Source of the DNA: an uncultured Thermoanaerobaculia bacterium
Lineage (GTDB): Bacteria; Acidobacteriota; Thermoanaerobaculia; Thermoanaerobaculales; Sulfomarinibacteraceae
Length of the DNA stretch: 64,000 nt
Direction: 5' to 3'
Assembly (NCBI GenBank): GCA_964641295.1
Contig: CAZXNA010000001.1
Coordinates: 19,256 to 83,255, forward strand
Shown: piece by piece, positions 8,423-20,366 of the stretch
Layout: every line of letters begins with the position of its first letter
How positions within the stretch are numbered: position 1 is the first letter of the stretch
The notes under the pieces: generated by a model
The model's database searches: none
What the model saw: the letters and a program-made list of their open reading frames with translations, nothing else
What the model was told of the DNA's origin: nothing
Program-made: the position numbers and the translations under genes

Positions 8423-8452
8423 ACGCTACCGGCCGATGACCGGTCATGTCAA
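8423..8452 (-). promoter_or_regulatory. sigma70-like promoter with embedded 12-bp palindrome upstream of the NSS transporter
   Basis: Minus strand reads TTGACA (8452..8447), 18 nt, TAGCGT (8428..8423). The perfect palindrome ATGACCGGTCAT (8436..8447) abuts the -35. Confidence 0.35.
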
Positions 8453-8616
8453 ATCCCGGCTCAAAAAACCCCTCGGCTTTCAAGTTCACGGGACCGATGA
8501 GACCCCCCATCCGGTGCATGGAATCCGGTCCGGCTGGAACTTTGCCCGGCGGGAGGGGATCTGACATCCCCCCTCGGCCGATGGCCGACGCCTCGGGCTG
8601 GGGACAGATCATCGGG

Positions 8617-9024
8617 TCACGAATGCCTTCGCCGGGCCACCTGGAGCCGCGTCACCGCCAGCTCGAGCTTGGCCCTCATCCGCTCGAGCTCCGTGGGACC
8701 AACGTTGGCCAGGGCTGCTTCGGCCTCGGCCCGTTCCCTTTCGGCCAGCTCGACGTCGATCTCCTCGGGCTCCTCGGCCACCGCGGCAAGGATCGTCACC
8801 CGGTCCGGCAACACCTCGGCGAAGCCCCATTGAATGGCCAGGTGGGATTCCCGATGGTCGGTCCGGTACATCAGCTCGCCGGTCCCCAGAGTCGTCAGAA
8901 GCGGCGTGTGCCCGGGGAGCACCCCCAGCATTCCCAGGGCGGCCGGAAGCTGGACCTCGTCGACGTCGGTATCGACAACCCGCCGGCTCTGGGTGACGAC
9001 CTCGAGATGAAGCTCTCCGGCCAC
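8617..9024 (-). CDS. atpC: F1 ATP synthase subunit epsilon
   Basis: 135 aa immediately downstream of atpD (1-nt gap); typical N-terminal beta-sandwich LEVVTQSRRVV...GVLPGHTPLLT. Confidence 0.9.
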   Translation of the reverse strand: MAGELHLEVVTQSRRVVDTDVDEVQLPAALGMLGVLPGHTPLLTTLGTGELMYRTDHRESHLAIQWGFAEVLPDRVTILAAVAEEPEEIDVELAERERAEAEAALANVGPTELERMRAKLELAVTRLQVARRRHS

Positions 9025-9025
9025 C

Positions 9026-11332
<2,307 letters not shown>

Positions 11333-11346
<14 letters not shown>

Positions 11347-12871
11347 CTGCCGCCTCCGGGTGATCCTTGAGGTAGAGTTCGACCGCCCGCTCGCACAGCT
11401 TGGTCAACTCCTCCTTGGTTTGATCCTCCAGCTTCCCCGTCGCCACCAGGCGCTCCAGGGTCTCGGCGCCGTTCTCCCGGACGTAGGTGTGAAGGCGTTC
11501 CTCGAAGACCCTGATGTGGGAAACCTTGAGCCCATCGAGGTGGCCCTGGGTGCCAGCGAAGATCGAGACGATCTGCAGCTCGACGGGCAGGGGCCGGTAC
11601 TGTCCCTGGCGAAGGATTTCCATCAGGCGCTCGCCGCGGGCCAGCTGCCGCTGGGTCGCCTTGTCCAGGTCGGAACCGAACTGGGCGAAGGCGGCCAGCT
11701 CTCGGTACTGGGCCAGGTCCAGGCGGAGTGAGCCCGCGATGGCCTTCATGGCCTTGATCTGCGCGTTGCCGCCCACACGGCTGACCGAGAGACCGACGTT
11801 GACGGCCGGACGCTGACCGGCGAAGAACAGGTCGGGCTCCAGGTAGATCTGGCCGTCGGTGATGGAGATGACGTTGGTGGGGATGTAGGCCGCCACGTCG
11901 CCCATCTGGGTCTCGATGACCGGGAGGGCCGTCAGGCTGCCGCCCCCGAGATCGTCCCGCAGCTTGGCCGCGCGCTCCAGAAGCCGGGAGTGGAGGTAGA
12001 AGACGTCGCCGGGGTAGGCCTCACGGCCCGGGGGACGCCGGAGCAGGAGCGAGATCTCGCGGTAGGCCTGGGCGTGCTTGGAAAGGTCATCGTAGAAGCA
12101 GATGGCATGCCCCCCGTTGTAGAGGAAGTACTCGCCCATGGCGCAACCGGCGTAGGGAGCGAGGTACTGGAGGGGGGCGGGCTCGGCCGCCGTCGACGAG
12201 ACGACGATGGTGTGGTCCATGGCGTCGTGCCGCTGGAGGGTCGCAACCACCTGGGCCACCGTCGACTGCTTCTGGCCGATGGCGACGTAGACACAGATGT
12301 TGCCCGTGCCCTTCTGGTTGATGATGGCGTCGAGGATGATGGCCGTCTTCCCGGTCTGCCGGTCACCGATGATCAGCTCGCGCTGGCCACGGCCGATGGG
12401 GATCATGGCGTCGATGGCCTTCAAGCCGGTCTGCATGGGTTCCTTGACGGGCTGACGGGCCACGACACCCGGGGCGATGCGCTCGACGGGGTAGTGGTCC
12501 TCGGCCTCGATGGGGCCCTTGCCGTCCAGCGGCCGGCCCAGGGGATCGACCACGCGGCCAACCAGGCCCGGGCCGACGGGGACCTCGATGATCCGCCGTG
12601 TGCGGCGGACCTCGTCCCCTTCCTTGACCAGGTTTGATTCGCCCATGAGAACGCAGCCGACGCTGTCCTCCTCCAGGTTCATGGCCAGGCCGTAGACCTC
12701 GTTGGGGAACTGAATCAGCTCGCCCGCCATGAGACCGTCCAGACCGTAGATCCTGGCGATGCCGTCGCCCACCGAGATGACGGTTCCCACCTCGGCCATG
12801 TCGATGGTCGTCTCGTAACCCTCGATCTGGCGCCGGATGACCTCGGCGATTTCAGACGCTTTGATCTGCAT
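11333..12871 (-). CDS. atpA: F1 ATP synthase subunit alpha
   Basis: Walker [11 protein letters not shown]; 512 aa. Confidence 0.97.
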
Positions 12872-12874
12872 ATG

Positions 12875-13441
12875 CTACCTCTCCACCGTGTGTTGCGACG
12901 CGATGGTCCGGCGCAGCTGCTCCAGCTGGCCCACGAGCGAACCATCGAAGATCTCTGAACCGATGCGAGCCTTGAAGCCGGCCAGGAGACCGGCGTTGCC
13001 GACGAAACGAGCGATCACCTGACCGCCAGTGTGTTGTTGGAGGGCCTCGACGATGGCACGCCGGGCCGTATCGTCCACCGGGCCGGCGACTTCCACCGTG
13101 GCACGGTAGCGCCCGTGCCGACGGTCGACCAGACCCCGGTAGGCCTCGGCTACCTGGGTCATGTGCTCGAGGCGGTAGTGTCTTTGCAGGACGTGAATGA
13201 AGCGCCTGGTGGGTTCCTCGATCCCGAGCTCGTCGAGGACGGAGTCGACCAGAGCCTCCTTGGTGTCCTGGGGCAGGGCCGGTGTCAACAGGGCTCGGAG
13301 AAAGTCCGGAATCTCCTGGACCACTTGGGCGACGGCCCAGAGCTCGGCCTCGGCTTTCTCTTCCCGCTCGGGATACTTGTCCAGGATGAGGCCAAGGAGC
13401 GCCTTTGCATAGGGGGCGGCATGGAATCGGCCCACGGTCAC
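12875..13441 (-). CDS. atpH: F1 ATP synthase subunit delta (OSCP)
   Basis: 188 aa lying between atpF and atpA; YAKALLGL start and a C-terminal ...GFKARIGSEIFDGSL block. Confidence 0.85.
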   Translation of the reverse strand: MTVGRFHAAPYAKALLGLILDKYPEREEKAEAELWAVAQVVQEIPDFLRALLTPALPQDTKEALVDSVLDELGIEEPTRRFIHVLQRHYRLEHMTQVAEAYRGLVDRRHGRYRATVEVAGPVDDTARRAIVEALQQHTGGQVIARFVGNAGLLAGFKARIGSEIFDGSLVGQLEQLRRTIASQHTVER

Positions 13442-14013
13442 TGCCTCCCTTCGAGCCCCTTGAGGGCCTTGAGATTCCTCGCGAGAATCCGTTTCCGGTC
13501 GGAATCCGTAACGTCACGCTCCAGGAGCTCACGGGCCATCTGCACGGTCAGCTCGGCAGTGTCCCGCGCCAGCTGGGCCCGGGTCTCGGCCGTCCTGCGG
13601 GTGATCTCCTCCTCGACACGCCTGAGGAAGCGCTCTTCCTCCTTGGAGGCCTCGGCCAGGATCCGATCGACCTCGGCCTTCCCCTCGCGCTCGGCACGTT
13701 CCTTGATCTCCTCGAGCTCGCGCTCCACGGCCGCCAGACGCTCCTCGACCTCTCCCTGAAGAGCCTGGGCCCGTTGCAGCTTCTCTCGGGCCTCGGCCAG
13801 ATCGCTCTGAATCTTCAGGCGGCGTTCCTCGAGGAATCGCGCCAACGGACGGCCGACCCACCACCCCAAAGCGGCCAGGAAGAGAATGAGATTGACGGCC
13901 TTCCACCAGACGTCGGGAATCCCGAAGGTCGTCCCTTCGGAAGCCCAGGCAGGGGCCGCAAGGACCACGGCGACCGCGGTGAGGGCGGCGGTCTTCAGGC
14001 GGGTGTGATTCAT
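13438..14013 (-). CDS. atpF: Fo ATP synthase subunit b
   Basis: One N-terminal TM helix followed by a long charged coiled coil (RRLKIQSDLAEAREKLQRAQ...). 4-nt overlaps with both neighbours. Confidence 0.85.
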   Translation of the reverse strand: MNHTRLKTAALTAVAVVLAAPAWASEGTTFGIPDVWWKAVNLILFLAALGWWVGRPLARFLEERRLKIQSDLAEAREKLQRAQALQGEVEERLAAVERELEEIKERAEREGKAEVDRILAEASKEEERFLRRVEEEITRRTAETRAQLARDTAELTVQMARELLERDVTDSDRKRILARNLKALKGLEGRQ

Positions 14014-14441
14014 GGGCTCACCTCGCGCTCCAGCAGGCGGGAGGCCAGCTCGCGGCCCAGGGTCTGAGCAGTGGCGCGCAGCTCGGCCCGTGCCGATTCG
14101 GCGGCCTCGCCCAGCTCCCTGAGGGCTGCATCGAGACGGCTCTCGGCCTCGGCGTGGGCCGCGTCCAGAATCTCCTGGCGCCGGCCCATGGCCCCCTCGC
14201 GGAGCTCGTTCCGCCGCTGGGAAGCCTGGCGGAGCGCATCGTCCACGCGGGCCTCGATCCTCTCGAGGGCCTGCTCGTACTCTTCATGGCGGGCCGCCCA
14301 CTCCTGGTCGGCCGTCTGGATACGCCGCTGGCGCTCCTCGGCCACCCCGCCCACCGCCTCGATCAGGTAACGCTTGACCAGCCAATACGCTACCCAAAAA
14401 CAGATCATGATGAGAAGTAGCGAGTAATTTGGTGGGCTCAT
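14010..14441 (-). CDS. Fo ATP synthase subunit b' (second b-type subunit)
   Basis: 143 aa with one N-terminal TM (LLLIMICFWVAYWLV) plus a charged helix. First gene of the atp cluster. Confidence 0.75.
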   Translation of the reverse strand: MSPPNYSLLLIMICFWVAYWLVKRYLIEAVGGVAEERQRRIQTADQEWAARHEEYEQALERIEARVDDALRQASQRRNELREGAMGRRQEILDAAHAEAESRLDAALRELGEAAESARAELRATAQTLGRELASRLLEREVSP

Positions 14442-14511
14442 GCACCACTCCGTGCCGGTTCCTCTCCTGCTGGTGCAGGGCGCCTCAAGCTACCAGAGAG
14501 CTCCGGTGTGG

Positions 14512-14904
14512 TCAAGACTTTGCCGCCTTTGAACTGTTGATTTCCCTCGGGCCTCCGCCGGATTTTCGCACCGGTTTTTCCATGGCCACCTGACCCTCCA
14601 GGAAGGCCCCCTCCTCCATGACCAGGGCCGGCGCATGGATGTCCGCCCAGACCTTGGCCGTGGAGAGGAGCTGGACCGCGCTGGAGGCTCGAATCGTCCC
14701 GCGGACCGTCCCGCCGACAACGCAGCGAGCGACCTCGATCTCACCCTCTACGATTCCGCTCTCCCCGATCAGGAGCTCGGCCGCCGACCGCACCACCCCT
14801 TCGATCTTCCCGTCCAGCCGGAAGGAGCTTTCGAACTCCAGATCGCCGCGGATGGTGCAACCGGGATCGAGGAATCCGTTGAGCGCATCACTGTTCCGAG
14901 CCAT
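14512..14904 (-). CDS. bactofilin (polymer-forming cytoskeletal protein)
   Basis: ORF 14512..14967 trimmed to ATG 14904. The repetitive beta-helix pattern IRGDLEFESSFRLDGKIEGVVRS...IVEGEIEVARCVVGGTVRGTI is characteristic of DUF583/bactofilin. The start overlaps the parB 3' end by 17 nt. Confidence 0.8.
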   Translation of the reverse strand: MARNSDALNGFLDPGCTIRGDLEFESSFRLDGKIEGVVRSAAELLIGESGIVEGEIEVARCVVGGTVRGTIRASSAVQLLSTAKVWADIHAPALVMEEGAFLEGQVAMEKPVRKSGGGPREINSSKAAKS

Positions 14905-15772
14905 GGGACGCCTCCCCCAGGAGGATGTCGAAGACCCGCATGAGCTCCTCGTCCTCCCTGCAGTCAATGGTGATCATACCGCCCCGCCGGCGTTGCCGGA
15001 TCCGTACCGGAGCACCAAGTCTGAGACTGAGTCGCTCTTCGGCGGCGCGAATGTTGGGATCCGGCGCGGCGGCAGGGCGTCGCCCGCCGCGCCGCTTCTC
15101 CGCCGGCGTCACGGTTCCCTCGGCCGCCGCCCGTTCGAGATCACGCACCGTGGCGCCACCCTCCGCCGCCCGGAGGGCCCAGCGCATCCGCTCCTCGTCG
15201 TCCTCCAGAGCCAGGAGGGCCCGGGCGTGCCCGGCCGTCAGACGGCCCTCGTCGACCATGGCCTGGATCTCGAGGGGCAGGCGGAGCAATCTCAGGGCGT
15301 TGGCCACGGTGGAGCGATCGCGGCCGACCTTGGCGGCGATCTCGGCCTGCGAAAGCCCGAAACGGGTCCGCATCTCCTCGAAGGCCTGGGCCTCCTCCAT
15401 CGGTGTAAGATCTTCCCTTTGAAGGTTTTCCACAAGAGCAAGCTCGAGCTCGGCCGCCTGGTCCACCCGTTCGCGGATAACGGCCGGCACGAGTGCCAGA
15501 CCGGCCAGGCGGGCCGCTCGCCACCGCCGCTCTCCGGCGATCAGGAGGTAGCCCCCCTGGCCGTCCTCACTGACGACCACCGGTTGCAGCATGCCGTGCT
15601 CCGCCAGGGATGAGGCCAGCTCGGCCAGGGCCGTCTCGTCGAAATGACGGCGCGGCTGGTGGGGGTTCGGGGCGATGCGATCCACGGGGATCTCGGTTAG
15701 CCCGGACCGCGCCCGGGGCGTGTCGGGAATCAGGGCCTTGAGGCCGCGCCCGAGGGCCGGCTTACGCGCCAC
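14888..15772 (-). CDS. parB: chromosome partitioning protein ParB
   Basis: ParB box LIAGERRWRAARLAG and HTH LSQAEIAAKVGRDRSTVANALRLLRLP. Confidence 0.95.
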   Translation of the reverse strand: MARKPALGRGLKALIPDTPRARSGLTEIPVDRIAPNPHQPRRHFDETALAELASSLAEHGMLQPVVVSEDGQGGYLLIAGERRWRAARLAGLALVPAVIRERVDQAAELELALVENLQREDLTPMEEAQAFEEMRTRFGLSQAEIAAKVGRDRSTVANALRLLRLPLEIQAMVDEGRLTAGHARALLALEDDEERMRWALRAAEGGATVRDLERAAAEGTVTPAEKRRGGRRPAAAPDPNIRAAEERLSLRLGAPVRIRQRRRGGMITIDCREDEELMRVFDILLGEASHGSEQ

Positions 15773-16550
15773 GGCGGGCCTCCAGACGCTCCAGGTACTC
15801 CCGGCCGAGGGTCAAGTACGCCTGGGAACCCCGGCTCCGCAGGTCGTAGGCGTGGATGGGCCGGCCGTGGGAGGGGGCCTCCGCCAGCCGCACGTTGCGC
15901 GGCACAATCGTGGAAAAGACAAGCTCCCCGAACACCTCGCGCACCTCCTCCGCCACCTGCTGGGCAAGGTTCGTCCGCTCATCGTACATGGTCAGCAGGA
16001 TCCCATCGAGCTCGAGCCGCGGGTTGAGGTAACGACGAACCTCCTCGACGGTCTTCATCAGGTCCGACACGCCCTCCAGGGCGAAGTATTCGCACTGGAT
16101 GGGAACGATCAGGGCGTCCGCAGCGGCCAGGGCGTTGATGGTCAGCAGGCCCAGAGAGGGGGGACAGTCGACGAAGACGAAGGGGTGATCGGGTCCATCT
16201 TCCAGGGCGTCCCGCAGGCGGAACTCCCGCCCCATCATCCCCACCAGCTCCACCTCGGCCCCTGCAAGATCCGCCGTCGACGGCACGATGTCCAGGTGGG
16301 GGAAGGAGGTCGGCACGATGGCCTCGGCCACCGTCGCCGAGCCGGAAAGAAGCTGGTAGCTCGTCGTCATGCCGTCCACAAGATCGATCCCGACGCCCGA
16401 GGTGCAGTTGGACTGGGGATCGAGGTCGATCATGAGGGTGCGGTGCTCGAACGCCGCCAGCGCCGCGGCCAGATTGATCGCGGTGGTGGTCTTGCCAACG
16501 CCACCCTTTTGGTTGGCGACGGCGACGAGGCGACGTTTCACGTGAAACAT
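15762..16550 (-). CDS. parA: chromosome partitioning ATPase ParA/Soj
   Basis: Deviant Walker A NQKGGVGKTTTAINLA; 262 aa. Confidence 0.95.
   Translation of the reverse strand: MFHVKRRLVAVANQKGGVGKTTTAINLAAALAAFEHRTLMIDLDPQSNCTSGVGIDLVDGMTTSYQLLSGSATVAEAIVPTSFPHLDIVPSTADLAGAEVELVGMMGREFRLRDALEDGPDHPFVFVDCPPSLGLLTINALAAADALIVPIQCEYFALEGVSDLMKTVEEVRRYLNPRLELDGILLTMYDERTNLAQQVAEEVREVFGELVFSTIVPRNVRLAEAPSHGRPIHAYDLRSRGSQAYLTLGREYLERLEARRGA
16534..16549. other. parS centromere-like site
   Basis: CGTTTCACGTGAAACA matches the canonical TGTTTCACGTGAAACA at 15/16 positions and has a perfect 14-bp palindromic core. It encodes the first codons of parA (MFHVKR). Confidence 0.8.
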
Positions 16551-17143
16551 GGTCTAAAGCGGGCCAGGCGGCCCCTTTCGAGGCCCGGCAGCGGCGAGGT
16601 TACCACATGCCAACCGTCCACCGACCGGAGTCTTTCCGCTTCCTCCAGACCCAGCCAGAGAAGCACCTTTCCACCGGGTGTCAGGCGGGGAAGCGCCCAT
16701 GTCAGCAGCGATTCGTAGCCACCCGTGGCCCGTGAGACCATGGCGTCCACCGATCCGGCCTCCACATCTGCCTCCTCGTACCGGCGATCGACCACCTCGG
16801 CGTCGAGGTCGAGCTCCCGGATGACGGTTCGCAGGAAAGCCCACCGCTTCCGCCGGGGCTCGATCAGCAAACCCCTCCACGACCTTGCCGCCGCCAGGAG
16901 TGGCACACCGGGAAGCCCGGCGCCGCTGCCAACGTCCACCAATACCCCCCCGTCTCCAAGCCACTCCAGCCCGGCCAGCGACTCCAGCACGTGGCGGACC
17001 ACCAGGTCCTGACGGTCCGTGAAACGGACGAGGTTGTGGGTGCGACTCCACCGCTCGAGGAGCTCCAGGTACACCGCCAGGCGCTCCGCCGTGGGCCCCG
17101 CCACGCCGTGGCGGCCCAGAATCTCCATGAAGCCCTCAGCCAC
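16538..17143 (-). CDS. rsmG: 16S rRNA (guanine527-N7)-methyltransferase RsmG (GidB)
   Basis: SAM motif VLVDVGSGAGLPGVPL; position between mnmG and parA. Confidence 0.9.
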   Translation of the reverse strand: MAEGFMEILGRHGVAGPTAERLAVYLELLERWSRTHNLVRFTDRQDLVVRHVLESLAGLEWLGDGGVLVDVGSGAGLPGVPLLAAARSWRGLLIEPRRKRWAFLRTVIRELDLDAEVVDRRYEEADVEAGSVDAMVSRATGGYESLLTWALPRLTPGGKVLLWLGLEEAERLRSVDGWHVVTSPLPGLERGRLARFRPCFT

Positions 17144-19013
17144 CGGGCTCCTCCCGGGTACCGCCGGAACGCCGCAACCGCCCGGCCAGAATCGCCAGGG
17201 CCGCCGGGGTCATTCCCGGCAGTCCCTCGGCCTCCTCGAGGTTCCTCGGGCGAAAGTGCACCAGAAGCTCCCGGACCTCCCGCGACAGGCCCGGCACGTC
17301 CGCCCCCAACAGCGATTCAGGGATCGGAACCGACCGGAGTCGCCGGAGTCTCTCGATCTCCCGCCGGTGCCGATCCACGTAGCCGGCGTACCGCAAGCGG
17401 GCCACCACGATCTCGCGATCCTCTGCAGACAGGTCCCGGAGCGCTTCCAGCCGCTGCGCCACCGTGTGGTGGTCCAGGTCCGTTCGGCGAAGGAGCTGCG
17501 CCCAGGTGGTCGGGCGGGTCAGCTCGACGCCGGCCATCTCCCGGACGAGGTGTCGCGTCTCCCGATCCGGCTTCAGCCGCGAGGCTTCCAGCCTCCGCCC
17601 TGCGGTGTTCCTCGCCTCCCAGCGCCGCTGTTCCACGTGAAACACCCCCTCGGCCACGAGACCCAGCGCCACCCCGCGTTCCATCAGGCGCTCCCGTGCC
17701 GAGTCGATCCCGAGGACCAGACGGTGTTCGGCCCGGGAGGTCAGCATCCGGTACGGTTCCCGTTGCTCGCGGGTGATCAGATCGTCCACGAGGACACCCA
17801 TGTACGCCTCGCCACGGCCAAGGACCAGCGGGGTCTCTCCACGAAGGGCACGGACGGCGTTGACACCCGCCAGAAAGCCAAGGGCCGCCGCCTCTTCGTA
17901 ACCCGAGGTGCCCAGGATCTGCCCGCAGAGGTAGAGACCGTCCACCCCGCGGACGGCCAGGCGCCGGTCGACCTGCGTGGCGGGTACGCCATCGTACTCC
18001 ACCGCATAGCCGTAGCGGAGGAAACGGGCGGACTCCAGCCCCGGAATCGACCGCACGACCATCTCCTGCACGTCCCGGGGCAGACTGGTGGCCAGACCGT
18101 TGAGGTAGATGCTCGGCGTATCCAACCCCTCGGGCTCCAGGAAGACCGTGTGCTCCCTGTGGTGCGGAAAGCGAACGACCTTGTCCTCGATGGAGGGGCA
18201 GTACCGGGGTCCCGTTCCCTCAATGACGCCGGAAAAGAGGGGGGAACGATCCAGGTTGTCGTTGATGATCTCCTGGACCACCGGGGGCGTTCGCGTCACC
18301 CAGCAAACCGCACGATTGACGACCCTCCGCGTTCTCCAGGAGAAGGGACGGGGTTGGGAATCTCCCTCCTGCACCTCCAACCGTTCGAAATCGATGGTAT
18401 CCCGGTGAAGGCGCGGCGGTGTACCCGTCTTCAGGCGTAGCAGGCGAAGGCCCAACCCCTCGAGGGCGCCACTGAGCCCGGCGCTGGGCTCCTCGCCGAA
18501 GCGCCCGCCGGGCCGGCGGTCCCCGCCCGTGTGGAGCACCCCGCTGAGGAACGTTCCCGTGCTCAGCACAACGCTCCTTCCCATGATCCGCCGCCCGTCC
18601 CCAAGGATGACGCCCTCGACGGCACGGTCACTGACCACGAGGCTGACGGCCTCCCCCTCCACCAGGCTGATCCCCGGCGTACCCAGCAGGAGCCGACGCA
18701 TCAGCTCCGTGTACCGCGCCTTGTCACACTGGGCCCTGGGCCCCCAAACCGCAGGGCCGCGCGACCGGTTGAGCACCTTGAACTGAAGCCCGGCCCGGTC
18801 CGCCGCCCACGCCTGGACGCCGCCGAGGGCATCCAGCTCGGCCATCAGGTGGCCCTTCCCGATGCCACCCATGGCCGGGTTGCACGGCATCTGGGCGACC
18901 GTGCCGGCGTGCAGGGTGACCACGGAGACCCGGGCCCCCATCCGCGCCGCCGCAAGGGCGGCCTCGCACCCGGCATGTCCGGCACCGACGACGATGAGAT
19001 CCGGCCGCCCCAT
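17136..19013 (-). CDS. mnmG: tRNA uridine 5-carboxymethylaminomethyl modification enzyme MnmG (GidA)
   Basis: FAD motif VVGAGHAGCEAALAAARMG; 625 aa. Confidence 0.97.
   Translation of the reverse strand: MGRPDLIVVGAGHAGCEAALAAARMGARVSVVTLHAGTVAQMPCNPAMGGIGKGHLMAELDALGGVQAWAADRAGLQFKVLNRSRGPAVWGPRAQCDKARYTELMRRLLLGTPGISLVEGEAVSLVVSDRAVEGVILGDGRRIMGRSVVLSTGTFLSGVLHTGGDRRPGGRFGEEPSAGLSGALEGLGLRLLRLKTGTPPRLHRDTIDFERLEVQEGDSQPRPFSWRTRRVVNRAVCWVTRTPPVVQEIINDNLDRSPLFSGVIEGTGPRYCPSIEDKVVRFPHHREHTVFLEPEGLDTPSIYLNGLATSLPRDVQEMVVRSIPGLESARFLRYGYAVEYDGVPATQVDRRLAVRGVDGLYLCGQILGTSGYEEAAALGFLAGVNAVRALRGETPLVLGRGEAYMGVLVDDLITREQREPYRMLTSRAEHRLVLGIDSARERLMERGVALGLVAEGVFHVEQRRWEARNTAGRRLEASRLKPDRETRHLVREMAGVELTRPTTWAQLLRRTDLDHHTVAQRLEALRDLSAEDREIVVARLRYAGYVDRHRREIERLRRLRSVPIPESLLGADVPGLSREVRELLVHFRPRNLEEAEGLPGMTPAALAILAGRLRRSGGTREEPGG
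17629..17644. other. parS centromere-like site (inside mnmG)
   Basis: TGTTCCACGTGAAACA matches the canonical parS at 15/16 positions. Confidence 0.75.
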
Positions 19014-19016
19014 GGT

Positions 19017-20366
19017 TTATTTCCCAAGGCAGAAGCTGGAGAAGATGGTGTCGAGAACCTCCTCCGGGCGAACCTCACCGAGGAGTTCCCCCAGGGTTTC
19101 CAGAGCCCCCCTCATCTCCTCGACCGCCAGCTCCGGCTCATCCATGGGTGCGCGATTGACCGATTCCAACGCTCCCTCCAGCGCCGCCGCCTGACGCACG
19201 TTGACCGCAATGCGTCCCTCGCCGGGCCCGGCGTCTTCTCGCAACATGGTTTCCAGGCGCCGCTCGAAGCGCTCCCATCCCTCCCCCGTCAACGCCGACA
19301 GGGCAAGCCGCCCCTGGCCATCCTCGGGGGGCGTCCCTTCCAGGAGATCGACCTTGGTCTCCAAGAAGAGCACTGGGATTTCGGCCGGCGGGTCGATGAC
19401 GGCCCCACCCTTCTCAACCACCGACTCCAGCACCAACAACAGGTCCGCATCCTTGGCAACGTCAAGGGAGCGCCGGATTCCCTCCCGTTCCACCGGATCG
19501 TTACCGGCTCCAACGCCCGCAGTGTCCACGAGAATCACCCGAAGTCCGGCAATCTCCACCTCGGCCTCGATGAAGTCCCGTGTCGTCCCGGGATGGGGCG
19601 TGACGATGGATCGTTCCGTGCGGAGAAGTCTGTTGAACAACGTGCTCTTGCCGGCGTTGGGGGCACCCAGCAGCACCACCCGCACTCCTTCGCGAACGCG
19701 CCGGCCCAACCGGCGGGTCGCCAGGAGCGACTCCAGGGACTCGACAACGCGCCGGCGCCGCTCCTCGAGATCGGTGTAATCCACCTCGACCCCCTGCGCG
19801 GCGAAGTCCAGACCGGCCTCCAGACGCGCCACCAGATCGATCAAGCGCGCCCGCAACTCCTCCACGCGATGGGAAAGCTCTCCCCTGAGATGCCGCCGTG
19901 CCAAGGCCAGCTGGACCTTGGTTTCCGCCGCCACGAGATCGGCGACCGCCTCCGCCTGGAGCAGGTCCATCTTTCCGTTGGCGACCGCCCGGCGGGTGAA
20001 CTCACCCGGCTGGGCGAGCCGGCAGCCCACCTGGACGAACAGCTCCATGACGCTTCTCGTCAGGGCCGGCGATCCGTGGATCATCAGCTCCAGCATGTCC
20101 TCGCCCGTGTAGCTCGACGGGGCGGCGTAGGGGATGACCACGGCGCGGTCCAGGGCGGCCCCGGACGGATCCCGAAGCGCGACCAGCTGCGCCCGCCGGG
20201 GCTGTCCAAGGTCCAGGCGCGGGCAGATCCTGGCGGCAGCCCTCTCCACGCCGCGGCCACTGACCCGAACCACCGCCAGCGCCCCCTGACCTGGTGGGGT
20301 CGCCCGGGCAACGATGGTGTCAGCGCCTCCGGCGAGGTCGAACGACGACGCGTTTGATGAATCCAC
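19017..20366 (-). CDS. mnmE: tRNA modification GTPase MnmE (TrmE)
   Basis: DTIVARATPPGQGALAVVRVSG, G1 GAPNAGKSTLFN and the C-terminal CLGK motif. Confidence 0.95.
   Translation of the reverse strand: MDSSNASSFDLAGGADTIVARATPPGQGALAVVRVSGRGVERAAARICPRLDLGQPRRAQLVALRDPSGAALDRAVVIPYAAPSSYTGEDMLELMIHGSPALTRSVMELFVQVGCRLAQPGEFTRRAVANGKMDLLQAEAVADLVAAETKVQLALARRHLRGELSHRVEELRARLIDLVARLEAGLDFAAQGVEVDYTDLEERRRRVVESLESLLATRRLGRRVREGVRVVLLGAPNAGKSTLFNRLLRTERSIVTPHPGTTRDFIEAEVEIAGLRVILVDTAGVGAGNDPVEREGIRRSLDVAKDADLLLVLESVVEKGGAVIDPPAEIPVLFLETKVDLLEGTPPEDGQGRLALSALTGEGWERFERRLETMLREDAGPGEGRIAVNVRQAAALEGALESVNRAPMDEPELAVEEMRGALETLGELLGEVRPEEVLDTIFSSFCLGK

Noticed and set aside
8461-8616. Intrinsic terminator after atpC (minus-strand GGGGTTTTTT at 8461..8472)
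   Set aside because: I could not find a complementary stem immediately upstream of the T-run. Only a 6-bp TCGGCC/GGCCGA mini-hairpin lies further away.
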